From Opitutia bacterium (GTDB lineage Bacteria > Verrucomicrobiota > Verrucomicrobiia > Opitutales > Opitutaceae): a stretch of 64,000 nucleotides of DNA. Location of the stretch: the NCBI GenBank assembly GCA_947478395.1, contig CANJVR010000001.1, positions 416,001 through 480,000 of the forward strand, read 5' to 3'. Positions 9,897 to 19,753 of the stretch are shown here, piece by piece. Every line of letters starts with the position of its first letter. Position 1 is the stretch's first letter. The notes beneath the pieces were generated by a model that was not told the DNA's origin, ran no database searches, and saw only the letters and a program-made list of their open reading frames with translations. Both the position numbers and the translations under genes were made by a program.

Positions 9897-10943
9897 ATGC
9901 CTGCTCCTGATTCCGCTCCCAAAGGCCTGGGCTTTATCGCCTCGTCGCTCGCTGCGCCGGTCTCGCCCGCCGAGGCCGCGCTGCGGCCACTTTCATTCGC
10001 GGACTTCACCGGCCAGCCTAAAACCATCGAACGCCTGCAAGTGATGGTCGGCGCCGCGAAACGCCGCGGAGATGCGCTGAACCACATTCTTTTTTCCGGC
10101 CCGCCGGGTCTCGGCAAAACCACGTTGGCGTTCATCCTCGGGGCCGAACTCGGCAAAAGCGTGCGCGTCACGTCCGGCCCGGTCATCGAGAAAGCCGGCG
10201 ACCTCGCCGGCTTGCTCACGAGCCTGGAGGAGGGCGATCTGCTGTTCATCGATGAAATCCACCGTATTCCGAAAACGGTCGAAGAATATCTCTACTCCGC
10301 GATGGAGGATTTCCGCCTCGATATCATGATCGACCAAGGGCCCAACGCCCGCAGCGTCCGCCTGTCGATTCCCCGTTTCACGCTGGTCGGCGCGACGACG
10401 CGCGCGGGTTTGCTGACGGCGCCGCTGCGCTCGCGGTTCACGTTGCAAACGCGCCTCGATTACTACGATCACGCGACGCTGGAAGGAATTGTGCGCCGGA
10501 GCTGCGGCCTGCTAAACGTGAGCATTGACGCCGGCGGCGCCGCGGAAATCGCCACCCGCGCCCGCGGCACTCCGCGTGTCGCCAACAACCTCATCAACTT
10601 CTGCCGCGACTACGCGCAGGAACGCGCCCAGGGCAAGATCACGAAACCCGTCGCCGCCGCGGCGCTCGAGTTGTTAGAAATCGACGCCGCCGGCCTCGAC
10701 GAAATGGACAAACGCATGCTCCGCGTGATGGCGGAAAATTATCGTGGCGGACCCGTCGGCATGAGCACCATCGCCGTGGCGGTCGGCGAGGAAGCTGAGA
10801 CGCTGGAGGAGGTGCACGAGCCTTTCCTCATTCAGGAAGGTTATCTCCAGCGCACGCCGCAGGGCCGCACGTTGACCGCCAAAGGCTACGCCGCAGTCGG
10901 ACTAAAGGCGGCGGTCGGGAGCGATCAAGGCTCCCTGCTTTAA
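9897..10943 (+). CDS. ruvB: Holliday junction branch migration helicase RuvB
   Basis: LRP.SF.DF.GQ, GPPGLGKTTLA, LFIDEIHR, GATTRAG, RGTPR, EPFL...RTPQGR. Confidence 0.97.
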   Translation: MPAPDSAPKGLGFIASSLAAPVSPAEAALRPLSFADFTGQPKTIERLQVMVGAAKRRGDALNHILFSGPPGLGKTTLAFILGAELGKSVRVTSGPVIEKAGDLAGLLTSLEEGDLLFIDEIHRIPKTVEEYLYSAMEDFRLDIMIDQGPNARSVRLSIPRFTLVGATTRAGLLTAPLRSRFTLQTRLDYYDHATLEGIVRRSCGLLNVSIDAGGAAEIATRARGTPRVANNLINFCRDYAQERAQGKITKPVAAAALELLEIDAAGLDEMDKRMLRVMAENYRGGPVGMSTIAVAVGEEAETLEEVHEPFLIQEGYLQRTPQGRTLTAKGYAAVGLKAAVGSDQGSLL

Positions 10944-10947
10944 AGCC

Positions 10948-11253
10948 TCACCGCGTGAGCCGAAGGGGTCTTCCCCGGCAGCCGTGCGCTGCCCCAGGGG
11001 AGAGCAGCACTCGGCGTTTCCGCCGTGATGAGTCCGGAGGTTCCCACCGCGATTCGCGTGGTTTTTCCGGAGCGAGACTTCCGCATAGACGATTTGGACG
11101 CGCCGGGTTGAAGCCGTATGGCTCGGAGCAAGCTGGACGCAGACTGAGAAGGCCAAGCCCCCGTCTAGCTTCAACTTGCAGCCCGCCGCCTGAGCCCCGT
11201 TGCGTTGCGGCGCAGTAGATTCAGCAGGGGGCACCCAGTGCCACGCGGACTGA
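10948..11253. ncRNA. Candidate structured non-coding RNA of unknown class
   Basis: No credible ORF; terminal complementarity CCGCGTG / CACGCGG encloses several nested stems (see findings). Confidence 0.4.
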
Positions 11254-11326
11254 TCGCTCGACGCAAAATTTCTTTTGTCGAATGTGATCGGTAAACTGAA
11301 TAAGCCTCGATCGACTAAAATCTTCC

Positions 11327-12544
11327 ATGCCCACCGCCAGCGCCAATCCGTCCGTCCCCGTCACTACGACGCCCCGCGTCGGCGATCTCGAAATCAAGGA
11401 CGCCCAATTGATTTTCGGCTCGGTGTGGGCCGATTTGGAAGCCGACTTCGGCCGCAAAAATCTGCGCTTCCCGAAGGAAATCATCCTCCTCGGCGGCGCA
11501 CCCGGCGCCGGCAAAGGCACCAATACTGACTTCATCGCGAAAGCACGCGGTCTCACTTGCGGGCCGATCGTGATCAGCGCCTTGCTCGATACGCCCGAAG
11601 CCAAGCGACTGAAGGATGGCGGCAACATGGTCGGCGATCGCGAGGTCATCGGCCTGCTGCTGCGCCGGCTATTGAGCCCGGAATATCGCGACGGCGTCAT
11701 CCTCGATGGCTTTCCCCGCACGAAGGTGCAGGTCGAATGTCTCAAGCTGCTCGTGGATCGGATGCATCAGCTGCGACGGGAATTCTACAGTACGCCGCTC
11801 GGCATTCACTTTCGCCAGCCCACCATCCACATCATGGTGCTCTTCGTGGACGAGAAGACGTCCGTCGGCCGCCAGCTCAAACGCGGTCACGAGATCAAGG
11901 CGCACAATGACGAAGTCCGCCGCACTGGCATCGGCGAATTGCAGGAAGAGCGCGCCACGGACTTCGACCAAGCTCTCGCGCAACGGCGCTACCGGGTGTT
12001 CAAGGAGCAGACTTGGGATGCGCTGCAGGAGCTGAAGGAAATCTTCCATTATCACTTCATCAACGCCCAGGGCGCGTTCGATGAAGTGGAGCAAAACATC
12101 CGCCACGAGCTCGACTACCAGAGCACGCTCGAACTAGACCCGAGGACGGTGGACCGCCTGCGTTCGATCCCCGTTGCGAGCGAAATCATCGTGCACGCGC
12201 GGCAGGAGATGGTGAAGCGGCTGGACGCCTATGAACTAGAACACCCAACGCTTTTTGGGGAGGTGGCGACCTTCATCGCCCAGAAAGTAATGCCCATCGT
12301 GCTGCGCCATGCGATTTCCGGCGTCGCGTTGGTCAATACCGAGGAAACGGTGCTCGAAGACCCGTTGGCTCTGGCGATGCTGATCGATATTTTTTCCGAA
12401 CGAGGCTACCACGCCGTCGTTGATATTCATCGCATCGAGGTGCCACGGAAATTCGACCTCCAGACCGGCGCGATCACTTGCCGCACAAAAAAAGTCTATC
12501 GCGTCCAGATCCGCTTTCACGGCTCGGAAATCCGGCGCGGCTAG
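11327..12544 (+). CDS. adk: Adenylate kinase-family protein with long C-terminal extension
   Basis: GGAPGAGKGT P-loop, GNMVGD and ILDGFPRT.VQ motifs; 405 aa. Confidence 0.8.
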   Translation: MPTASANPSVPVTTTPRVGDLEIKDAQLIFGSVWADLEADFGRKNLRFPKEIILLGGAPGAGKGTNTDFIAKARGLTCGPIVISALLDTPEAKRLKDGGNMVGDREVIGLLLRRLLSPEYRDGVILDGFPRTKVQVECLKLLVDRMHQLRREFYSTPLGIHFRQPTIHIMVLFVDEKTSVGRQLKRGHEIKAHNDEVRRTGIGELQEERATDFDQALAQRRYRVFKEQTWDALQELKEIFHYHFINAQGAFDEVEQNIRHELDYQSTLELDPRTVDRLRSIPVASEIIVHARQEMVKRLDAYELEHPTLFGEVATFIAQKVMPIVLRHAISGVALVNTEETVLEDPLALAMLIDIFSERGYHAVVDIHRIEVPRKFDLQTGAITCRTKKVYRVQIRFHGSEIRRG

Positions 12545-12608
12545 GCCCGCCACGGCCGCCCGGTTTTTGTTTTCGGGTTAAGGGCCGAATCGGATTATTC
12601 GTAATTCG

Positions 12609-13838
12609 TCACTCGTACCGCAACGCCTCGATCGGATCGAGCGACGCGGCCTTCCAGGCGGGATAAAGCCCGAAAATAATTCCGATCCCGCCGCAAACGG
12701 CCATGCCGATGCCGGCCCACATCCAAGGGAACGTAATCTCGGTGTGCATCACCACGGCGACCGCATTGCCGCCACCGACGCCGACGGCGACTCCGGCAAA
12801 GCCCCCGATTAAAGAAAGCGCGACAGCCTCGGCTAGAAATTGCAGGAGAACGCTCCGCTTCTTCGCGCCGATGCTTTTGCGAATCCCGATCTCCTTGGTG
12901 CGCTCAGTCACGCTCACCAGCATGATGTTCATCACGCCCACGCCCGACGCGAGCAACGCGATTGAGCTGATGATCAGCGAGCCAACTGCAACGACGTCCG
13001 CGATCTTGTTGAAGGCCTCGATCAGCGACTCGTTCGAGAAAATCTCAAAGTCGTTCAAATCCTCGGGGTGCAGGCCGCGGATCAGGCGCATCGCGCCGAT
13101 CGCTTTTTCTTGGGCCGCAGGCAGCGCTTCCTGACTTAGCGCCTGTACGTTAATGCTGATCGAGCGAAACTGCCGGCCGTAAATTGTCAGCCAGCGCGTG
13201 ATCGGGACCATCAAGAAATTGTCCGAACTGCCGCCGAACGACGTGCCCTTCGCGGCCAATACGCCAATCACCGTGTAGTTCTGCCCGTCGATGCGCACCA
13301 TTTGACCCAGCGGGTCCTCGCCGGCGAAAATCTTGTCCACAATGTCGTTTCCCAGCAGGCAAACCGGACGGGCATATTCGACATCGTCGGGGCTGAGATT
13401 GCGTCCGGCCGCGACCTCAAAATTAAACGCCGTGATGAAATTCTCATCGGTGCCGCGCAGGACGACATTGGGATTGGTCCGGCGATCCTTGTACACCACG
13501 ACCTTGCCCCAGCGACTCAGTTGCAGATTCACCCGGGCGTCTTCGCCCAGGATGTCCTTGAAGCGCGAACCGACCGCGTAGGTCAGATCGCGCCGGTTGC
13601 GATAGCGGGACGAATCCGCCGGCGAAAAACTGAACGCCGGCGTTTTGCTGACCTGAAAGCTATTTGCCCCGAGAACATTCAGCCCGGTTTCGACCGAGGC
13701 CCTCATGCCGTTGATGAAGGTCATCACCCCGATCACGGAAAACACCCCAACTCCGATCCCGAGGATCGTAAGGAACGAACGGAGTTTATTCGCCATGAGC
13801 GAGGCGAAGGCCAGGCGGAAGATTTCGGCGAGGAGCAT
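12609..13838 (-). CDS. MacB/FtsX-type ABC transporter permease
   Basis: NKLRSFLTILGIGVG, GVGVMNIMLVSVTERTKEIGIRKSIGA, C-terminal LDPIEALRYE. Confidence 0.92.
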   Translation of the reverse strand: MLLAEIFRLAFASLMANKLRSFLTILGIGVGVFSVIGVMTFINGMRASVETGLNVLGANSFQVSKTPAFSFSPADSSRYRNRRDLTYAVGSRFKDILGEDARVNLQLSRWGKVVVYKDRRTNPNVVLRGTDENFITAFNFEVAAGRNLSPDDVEYARPVCLLGNDIVDKIFAGEDPLGQMVRIDGQNYTVIGVLAAKGTSFGGSSDNFLMVPITRWLTIYGRQFRSISINVQALSQEALPAAQEKAIGAMRLIRGLHPEDLNDFEIFSNESLIEAFNKIADVVAVGSLIISSIALLASGVGVMNIMLVSVTERTKEIGIRKSIGAKKRSVLLQFLAEAVALSLIGGFAGVAVGVGGGNAVAVVMHTEITFPWMWAGIGMAVCGGIGIIFGLYPAWKAASLDPIEALRYE

Positions 13839-13843
13839 GGGGT

Positions 13844-15094
13844 TTATTCGTAACGCAGCGCGACGACCGGATCCAACTTGCTCGCTGACCAAGCCGGCGC
13901 GAACCCACTGAAGATTCCGGTAAACACGGAAACCACCAACCCCATCAAAACGAGACCGAGCGAAAATACCAAGGGGAACGCGGGCATCAGCACGCCGACA
14001 ACCGCCGCCATCGTCCAAGCCGTCGCGAGGCCGCCGATGCCACCGAGCAGGCAAATGGACACAGCCTCGATCAGGAACTGCAACAGGATCGTCCGCCGGC
14101 GAGCCCCCAAGGCCTTGCGCGTGCCGATCTCTTTCGTGCGCTCCTTCACGCTCACGTACGTAATGTTCATAATGCCGATCGCGCCAACGAACAGAGCGAG
14201 GCTCGTGATCACGAGCCCGGCCGTGGCGATGCCTTTTTTAATCGGATCCAATTGTTCGCGGATGATCTGCTGGCTGTTGATATCGAAATTATCCTTTTTT
14301 TCCGGGCTCAGCCGGCGAGCCCGGCGCATGATGCCCCGGAGCTCATCCTCCGCTTCCTGCTGCCGTGAGGTATCCATCTGCACCCGAATTTCGGGATTAG
14401 CGAAACGGATGGGGTAAAGGCGCGCGAACGAGTCGAGCGGCAAAAATACTTGGGAGTCCCAGCTGAAAAGTCCCAGGAAACTGCCCTGCCGTGCGGCGAC
14501 GCCCACCACGTTGAACTGCTGGTTGCGAATGCGCACCGTTTGTCCGATCGGAGATTCGTTCGGAAAAAGCGCGTCGGCCACGTCGAAACCGATCACGATC
14601 ACGTTACTCGCGTTCCGGGACTCGATTTCCGAGAAGAAGCGCCCCTCCTTCATGTCGGACTTCACAATGCGTCCAAGATCGGCACTCGTCCCGTAACTAG
14701 TGATATTGTTTACGCGATAGGCGCCTCGGATAATCGTCATGTTCGTCCCGGCGGCCGGCACCGCCAGCTTCAGGGGACCGCCGGGATGCGCGGCGATCCA
14801 ATCGTTGATCATCTGCGCTTGGTTCGGATTGATCTCAGGCCGGTTCCTCAGATTCCACCAATCCGAAACGTCGCGCCACGGCTGCCGCGAGACGTAAAGC
14901 ACGTCATCGCCAAACCCCGAAAGACTCGACTCCACCCCCGAATCGATGCCGAGAATCGCCGTGCCCATCAATGTGACCGCGACGATACCGATGATCACGC
15001 CCAGCGCGGTCAGCATCGAACGCAGCTTGTTTGCGTAAATCTGGGAGAACGCCATCCGCAGTGACTCGGAAATCTCGTAGAAGGTGCGAGTCAT
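13844..15094 (-). CDS. MacB/FtsX-type ABC transporter permease
   Basis: NKLRSMLTALGVIIG, IGIMNITYVSVKERTKEIGTRKALGA, LDPVVALRYE. Confidence 0.92.
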   Translation of the reverse strand: MTRTFYEISESLRMAFSQIYANKLRSMLTALGVIIGIVAVTLMGTAILGIDSGVESSLSGFGDDVLYVSRQPWRDVSDWWNLRNRPEINPNQAQMINDWIAAHPGGPLKLAVPAAGTNMTIIRGAYRVNNITSYGTSADLGRIVKSDMKEGRFFSEIESRNASNVIVIGFDVADALFPNESPIGQTVRIRNQQFNVVGVAARQGSFLGLFSWDSQVFLPLDSFARLYPIRFANPEIRVQMDTSRQQEAEDELRGIMRRARRLSPEKKDNFDINSQQIIREQLDPIKKGIATAGLVITSLALFVGAIGIMNITYVSVKERTKEIGTRKALGARRRTILLQFLIEAVSICLLGGIGGLATAWTMAAVVGVLMPAFPLVFSLGLVLMGLVVSVFTGIFSGFAPAWSASKLDPVVALRYE

Positions 15095-15486
15095 CCGATT
15101 TTCAATTTTGAATTCTCGAGTTTCGATTTCTGCAGACCCGCCTGTAGCGTGCGGCGCGATGCGACCATGATCGCGGTCCGCTCATCAGCCTCGCGCAGGA
15201 ACGGTGTGACTTTTCCCCCAGGCATCAGTCCATGTTCAGCGACTAGTTCCAGCCCAAACCCGGATTCGTCCGCCTCTTCCTCGACCACGGCGAACTTCGA
15301 AATCATTTCCGCCGACGAACGTGAACGACCGGCCGCGCGGTAGTTTGAGCCCACCGCTGTTCCCGAACGGCCGAGTTGATTGGTCAGCACCCGCCCGGAA
15401 GAGGTTTCCGGCCGTGAATCGATCAAGGTCAAAACTCGCAGCGCGGAGGCCTTGGTGCGCGGCTTCATCTGGTGCTCAGTGGTCAC
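15091..15486 (-). CDS. Four-helix-bundle protein (23S rRNA IVS protein / Avd-like family), possibly decaying
   Basis: RTK.SALRV, NQLGRSGTAVGSNYRAAGRSRS, VEEEADES..LEL match the family pattern (QLLRSGTSVGANYRAA.RARS...EEEADE..WLEL). Several normally hydrophobic positions are substituted. Confidence 0.8.
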   Translation of the reverse strand: MTTEHQMKPRTKASALRVLTLIDSRPETSSGRVLTNQLGRSGTAVGSNYRAAGRSRSSAEMISKFAVVEEEADESGFGLELVAEHGLMPGGKVTPFLREADERTAIMVASRRTLQAGLQKSKLENSKLKIG

Positions 15487-15498
15487 AAAAATCGAAAA

Positions 15499-16233
15499 TC
15501 ACTCCACCGGATTGTCGCTCTCGATCAGGCCGTCGCGGAGACGGACGATGCGGCGGGCGTGGCGGGCGATGTCTTCCTCGTGGGTGACCACGATGATGGT
15601 GTTGCCCTGCTCGTAGAGCTGCTCGAACAACTCCATGATTTCCTCGCCGGTCTTGGAGTCCAAATTGCCGGTCGGTTCATCCGCGAGAATGATCGACGGA
15701 CTGTTGACCAAGGCGCGCGCGATCGCGACGCGCTGGCGCTGACCGCCGGAAAGTTCGTTGGGGCGGTGAAACATGCGGTCGCCCAAGCCCACGTTCTCCA
15801 GCGCGTGGCGAGCTTTCTCCAGGCGCTCGGCGCGGCCCAGCCCGGCGTAGATCAGAGGCAGCTCGACGTTGTGGAGCGCATTCGAGCGCGGCAGCAGGTT
15901 GAAAGTCTGGAAAACGAAACCGATCTCGCGATTGCGAATCTCCGCCAGTTCGTCGTCGACCATCGTCGCGACGTTTTTTTGGCTGAACTCGTAGCGGCCC
16001 GCCGTCGGCGTATCGAGACAGCCGAGCATGTTCATCAGCGTGGATTTCCCGCTGCCCGACGGGCCCATGATCGCGAGATATTCGTTGCGGTGAATCTTAA
16101 CGCTCACCCCGCGAAGCGCGTGGATGATTTCCGCACCCATCTTGTAGAGTTTCGTCACGCCCTCGATTTCGATCACGAGGGGCCCGGACGGACGCAGCGT
16201 GCGTGCACGCGGCGCAGGGGAAGAGGCGTTCAT
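15499..16233 (-). CDS. ABC transporter ATP-binding protein (MacB/LolD-like)
   Basis: [48 protein letters not shown]. Confidence 0.95.
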   Translation of the reverse strand: MNASSPAPRARTLRPSGPLVIEIEGVTKLYKMGAEIIHALRGVSVKIHRNEYLAIMGPSGSGKSTLMNMLGCLDTPTAGRYEFSQKNVATMVDDELAEIRNREIGFVFQTFNLLPRSNALHNVELPLIYAGLGRAERLEKARHALENVGLGDRMFHRPNELSGGQRQRVAIARALVNSPSIILADEPTGNLDSKTGEEIMELFEQLYEQGNTIIVVTHEEDIARHARRIVRLRDGLIESDNPVE

Positions 16234-16297
16234 AGGCGGTGGAATGCGATAAAAGAATTCGTGGCTCCCAGCCGTCGAGGGCCGGATCGCGCCGGGA

Positions 16298-17668
16298 TCA
16301 TGGCTTGATGGGCTTCGGCTTCTCGAGCGTGACCTTCATGTCGTCTTTCAACGTGCGAGTGATGACCCCGAAACTGCCGCTCACCACATCGTCGCCTGCT
16401 TTTAGACCCGATTTCACCTCGATGTGCGTCGTGTCCTGCAAGCCGGTCTCAACTTTCACCATTTTCACGACATCCCCTGACCGCACGAAAACGACCCGCT
16501 GCAGATTATCGCGGTCCGATTTCTCGGCCTGTTTTTGTTGAGCGACGTTGACGGCGGTCACCGCTCCATCGCCTTTGGTCTGGGCCGCGTTCTTGTCCCG
16601 ATCGGCCGCGACTTGCTCGACGGTCTTGTTGCCCTCGCGGGCGCGGACGGTCACGCTTTGAATCGGCACGGCGACGACGTCCTGCACCGATTTCGTCTCA
16701 ACATCCGCGTTAGCACTCATGCCGGGACGGAGCGGCGCGTCTTTGTCGAGGATCCGGATTTTGACCAGAAAATTGGTGACTTCGTCCTGCGTGTTCTGGC
16801 CGGTCACTTTTGCCGCAGAACCGATTTCTTTCACTACGGCGTCAAACTTCCGGTTCGGAAACGCATCGATGGTCACCTTTGCCTTGTCGCCGACCTTCAC
16901 GTTAACGATGTCGTTTTCGTTGATGTTCACTCGCACCTCCATGTTGGAAAGGTCCGCTACGCGCATGACCTCGGCGCCGCCGTAATTGCCCGTTCCGGCC
17001 ACGCGCTCGCCCACCTCGTTGCTGAGCGAACTCACCTTTCCGTTGATGGGCGAATAGATGACGGTCTTGGTCAGCTGGTCGCGCGCCTGGCTAAGGGAGC
17101 CTTCCGTGCGACGAATTTGGGCCTGGGCACTGTCGAGATTACCCTTGGCCACTTCGAGGGCGGTGCGCGCGGCGGCGATATCGGCGTCGGAGATCAGCTG
17201 CTTGGCAAAAAGGTCTTCGTTGCGCTTGAGGTCGTCCTGCGACTTGAGCAGTTGAGCCTTCGACTGGAGCGCGCTGGCCTTGGCTGAAACCAGCCCGGCC
17301 TCCTGCTGCTCAACCTGTGCCTGGTAGGCATCGGGTTTGATGCTGAGCAATAGGTCGCCTTTTTTGACGACAGCGCCTTCGCGGAATCCAAGTTGAATGA
17401 TCTCACCCGTCACCTCGGGCTGAATCTTTACTTCAACCTCAGGCTGAATTTTTCCAGTGGCGGAAACGATTTGAGTGATCGTTTTGATGACCGCTTTCTC
17501 GGCGGTGATCACGACGGCCGGAGTGGCGTTTTTCTTCTTAAAATAGGCGGCCGTACCGAGCCCGACGAGCAGGACGATGCCGCCCAGCACGAACCATTTT
17601 TTCGTGGATTTTTTGCGGGGAGCCGAAGCCGGGGACGCACTTTTGGATGCAGCAGGATCAAGGTTCAT
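16298..17668 (-). CDS. Efflux periplasmic adaptor subunit (MacA-like)
   Basis: N-terminal TM segment, lipoyl/coiled-coil hairpin, 'VKKGDLL', 'IYSPING', 'LRPGMSA', 'GLKAGD.VV'. Confidence 0.9.
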   Translation of the reverse strand: MNLDPAASKSASPASAPRKKSTKKWFVLGGIVLLVGLGTAAYFKKKNATPAVVITAEKAVIKTITQIVSATGKIQPEVEVKIQPEVTGEIIQLGFREGAVVKKGDLLLSIKPDAYQAQVEQQEAGLVSAKASALQSKAQLLKSQDDLKRNEDLFAKQLISDADIAAARTALEVAKGNLDSAQAQIRRTEGSLSQARDQLTKTVIYSPINGKVSSLSNEVGERVAGTGNYGGAEVMRVADLSNMEVRVNINENDIVNVKVGDKAKVTIDAFPNRKFDAVVKEIGSAAKVTGQNTQDEVTNFLVKIRILDKDAPLRPGMSANADVETKSVQDVVAVPIQSVTVRAREGNKTVEQVAADRDKNAAQTKGDGAVTAVNVAQQKQAEKSDRDNLQRVVFVRSGDVVKMVKVETGLQDTTHIEVKSGLKAGDDVVSGSFGVITRTLKDDMKVTLEKPKPIKP

Positions 17669-17905
17669 AGAGATTCAGGCACAACGTTAAGCAGCACCGA
17701 AGGAAGTGCTCTGGACGATATAGGCAAGCCGCTCATTCGCCTGCGCCCCTTGAAACAAACGCGTTTGAGACGCGGATTCCAAATCCAGAAACGTGAAAAC
17801 CCAGCGGCGACCGGCCCAACGCGGGCGTCTATCCCACCACCTATAAGGATCATCGGTGTCGCCCAGCGCGTGACCTGCGGACGGCGCGTGATTCGGATCG
17901 GCCGA

Positions 17906-19681
17906 TCATTCCAACGCGATCCGTGCGCGATAAAAGGCGTCGCACTTCGCGTAAATTTCCTTCGCCGAACCCAGCATCAGCGCCTCAGCCGCGAGGTCGC
18001 GAGCGTCCGTCATCTTCATCGCGCGGATTAAATATTTCACGGCCGGCAGCACCGGTGGCATCATGCTGAGACTGTCGACCCCCAGCCCGAGGAGCAGCGG
18101 CACAAAAATCGGATCGCCGGCCATTTCGCCACAAACGCCGACCGGCCGCCGGGCCCGGTGCGCCTCGTCGATGATGTGCTTCAAGGTCCGCAACACCGCG
18201 GGATGCGTCGGCTCGTAGAGATGGGCGATGCGATCATTGCCGCGATCAATCGCGAGCAAGTACTGGATGAGATCGTTGGTCCCGATGCTGAAAAAATCGC
18301 ATTCGGGCGCGAGCAGATCAGTCGTCGCAGCGGCGCTGGGGATTTCGATCATCGCGCCGATGGCGAGCTTGGGGTCGAACGGCTGGCCCCGCGCTTTCAG
18401 CTCGGCCTTGCACTCGGCGAGAATGGCGTTGGCCCGCTGCAACTCCTCCACGCCACAAATCATCGGGTACATCAGGCGCACGTTGCCGAACGTGCTCGCG
18501 AGCAAGATCGCCCGGAGCTGATCCTTGAAAATATCGGGGTGCTCCAGGCAGAACCGGATCGCGCGGAACCCCATGAACGGATTCGCCTCTTTCGGAAACA
18601 GGTGGGGATTGCTCGCCATCGGTTTGTCTCCCCCGAGATCGAGCGTGCGGATCACGACGGGATTTGGCGCGAGCCCCTCAGCCACGGTCTTATACGCGAC
18701 AAACTGCTCCTGTTCCGTCGGCATCCGCGCCGAATTCAGGTAGAGATACTCCGAACGGAAAAGGCCGACCCCCTCGGCGAAATATTCCTTCACCAGCGCC
18801 ACCTCATCCACTTTTTCGATGTTGGCCTGCAGCATCACCGTGACGCCGTCGAGCGTCACCGCCGGCTTCCGATTCGCGTCGAACAGCCGCTGCTCAAACG
18901 ATTTTTTCTGCGACTGGATTTTACCGTAGCGGAAAAGCGTCGCCTCGGACGGATTCAGGATGACGACGCCATCGTAGCCATCGACGATCGCCCAATCGCC
19001 GGTGTTCACTTTTTTCGTGAGATCACGGACCCCCACGACCGCCGGAACTTTCATCGAGCGGGCGACGATCACCGCGTGACTCGTCTTGCTGCCGGAGTCG
19101 GTCACGATGCCAAGGGCCGCGCTGCGATCGATGCTCGCCGAATCCGAAGGCGAGAGATCGTTTGCGATCACGATTCGCTTCTCGGCGAGCCGGCTCAGAC
19201 TGTTCTCGGCCTGGCCGAGCAGATTTTGCAACACGCGCTGCGCCACGTCGCGGATGTCGGAGGCGCGTTCCCGCAAGTACTCGTCGTCGATTTCCGCAAA
19301 CGCCTGGATGTAACGCTGCGAGACCTTGTCGAAGCACGTTTCGATATTACGGCCCGTCGTTTCGAATTCGCGGATCGTCTCGCCGATGAGTGCCTGGTCC
19401 TCGAGGACGAGCAGATGAGCATCGAAAATCAGGGCTTCCTGCGCGCCCAGATTTTTTTCCACCTCACTCTGAATTTTTGCAATCTGGCGGCGGGTTTCCA
19501 GCAGCGCCTTGTCGAATCGCGCAATTTCTTCGATGCGTTTCTCGTGGTCGACTTGATAGCTCGGGACCTCGACGTCGCTTTGCAGATAAACGAAAATTTG
19601 CCCGTACGCGATCCCCTGCGAGGCGGAGATGCCTTGCACGATGATTTCCTGTTTACTGCGTGAATCCGAGGGCATGGCCAT
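17906..19681 (-). CDS. ptsI: Phosphoenolpyruvate-protein phosphotransferase (PTS enzyme I)
   Basis: GSKTSHAVIVAR phospho-His motif, GVGLFRSE, RTLDLGGDK, MIEIPSAA, SIGTNDL.QY, CGEMAGD. Confidence 0.95.
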   Translation of the reverse strand: MAMPSDSRSKQEIIVQGISASQGIAYGQIFVYLQSDVEVPSYQVDHEKRIEEIARFDKALLETRRQIAKIQSEVEKNLGAQEALIFDAHLLVLEDQALIGETIREFETTGRNIETCFDKVSQRYIQAFAEIDDEYLRERASDIRDVAQRVLQNLLGQAENSLSRLAEKRIVIANDLSPSDSASIDRSAALGIVTDSGSKTSHAVIVARSMKVPAVVGVRDLTKKVNTGDWAIVDGYDGVVILNPSEATLFRYGKIQSQKKSFEQRLFDANRKPAVTLDGVTVMLQANIEKVDEVALVKEYFAEGVGLFRSEYLYLNSARMPTEQEQFVAYKTVAEGLAPNPVVIRTLDLGGDKPMASNPHLFPKEANPFMGFRAIRFCLEHPDIFKDQLRAILLASTFGNVRLMYPMICGVEELQRANAILAECKAELKARGQPFDPKLAIGAMIEIPSAAATTDLLAPECDFFSIGTNDLIQYLLAIDRGNDRIAHLYEPTHPAVLRTLKHIIDEAHRARRPVGVCGEMAGDPIFVPLLLGLGVDSLSMMPPVLPAVKYLIRAMKMTDARDLAAEALMLGSAKEIYAKCDAFYRARIALE

Positions 19682-19753
19682 GCGCCGTCTGCTGGGGAAG
19701 CGCGGGCGGCGCCGGACGATAACGGTGGTCCCTTCCGTCGGGTCAATGCTGAT

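Noticed and set aside
11014..11082. Hammerhead-like GTGATGAG-stem-CGAGAC
   Set aside because: Both core motifs deviate from CUGAUGA and GAAA, and no stem I/III arrangement with a cleavage triplet can be built.
10984..11140. Group II intron hints (GTGCG; AAGCCGTATG) and SRP-like CCAGG..AGCAG
   Set aside because: No 3' strand for domain V, no RT gene, and the SRP apical GNRA stem is missing.
15091..15486. Diversity-generating retroelement suggested by the Avd-like gene
   Set aside because: No reverse transcriptase and no TR/VR repeat pair visible in the window.
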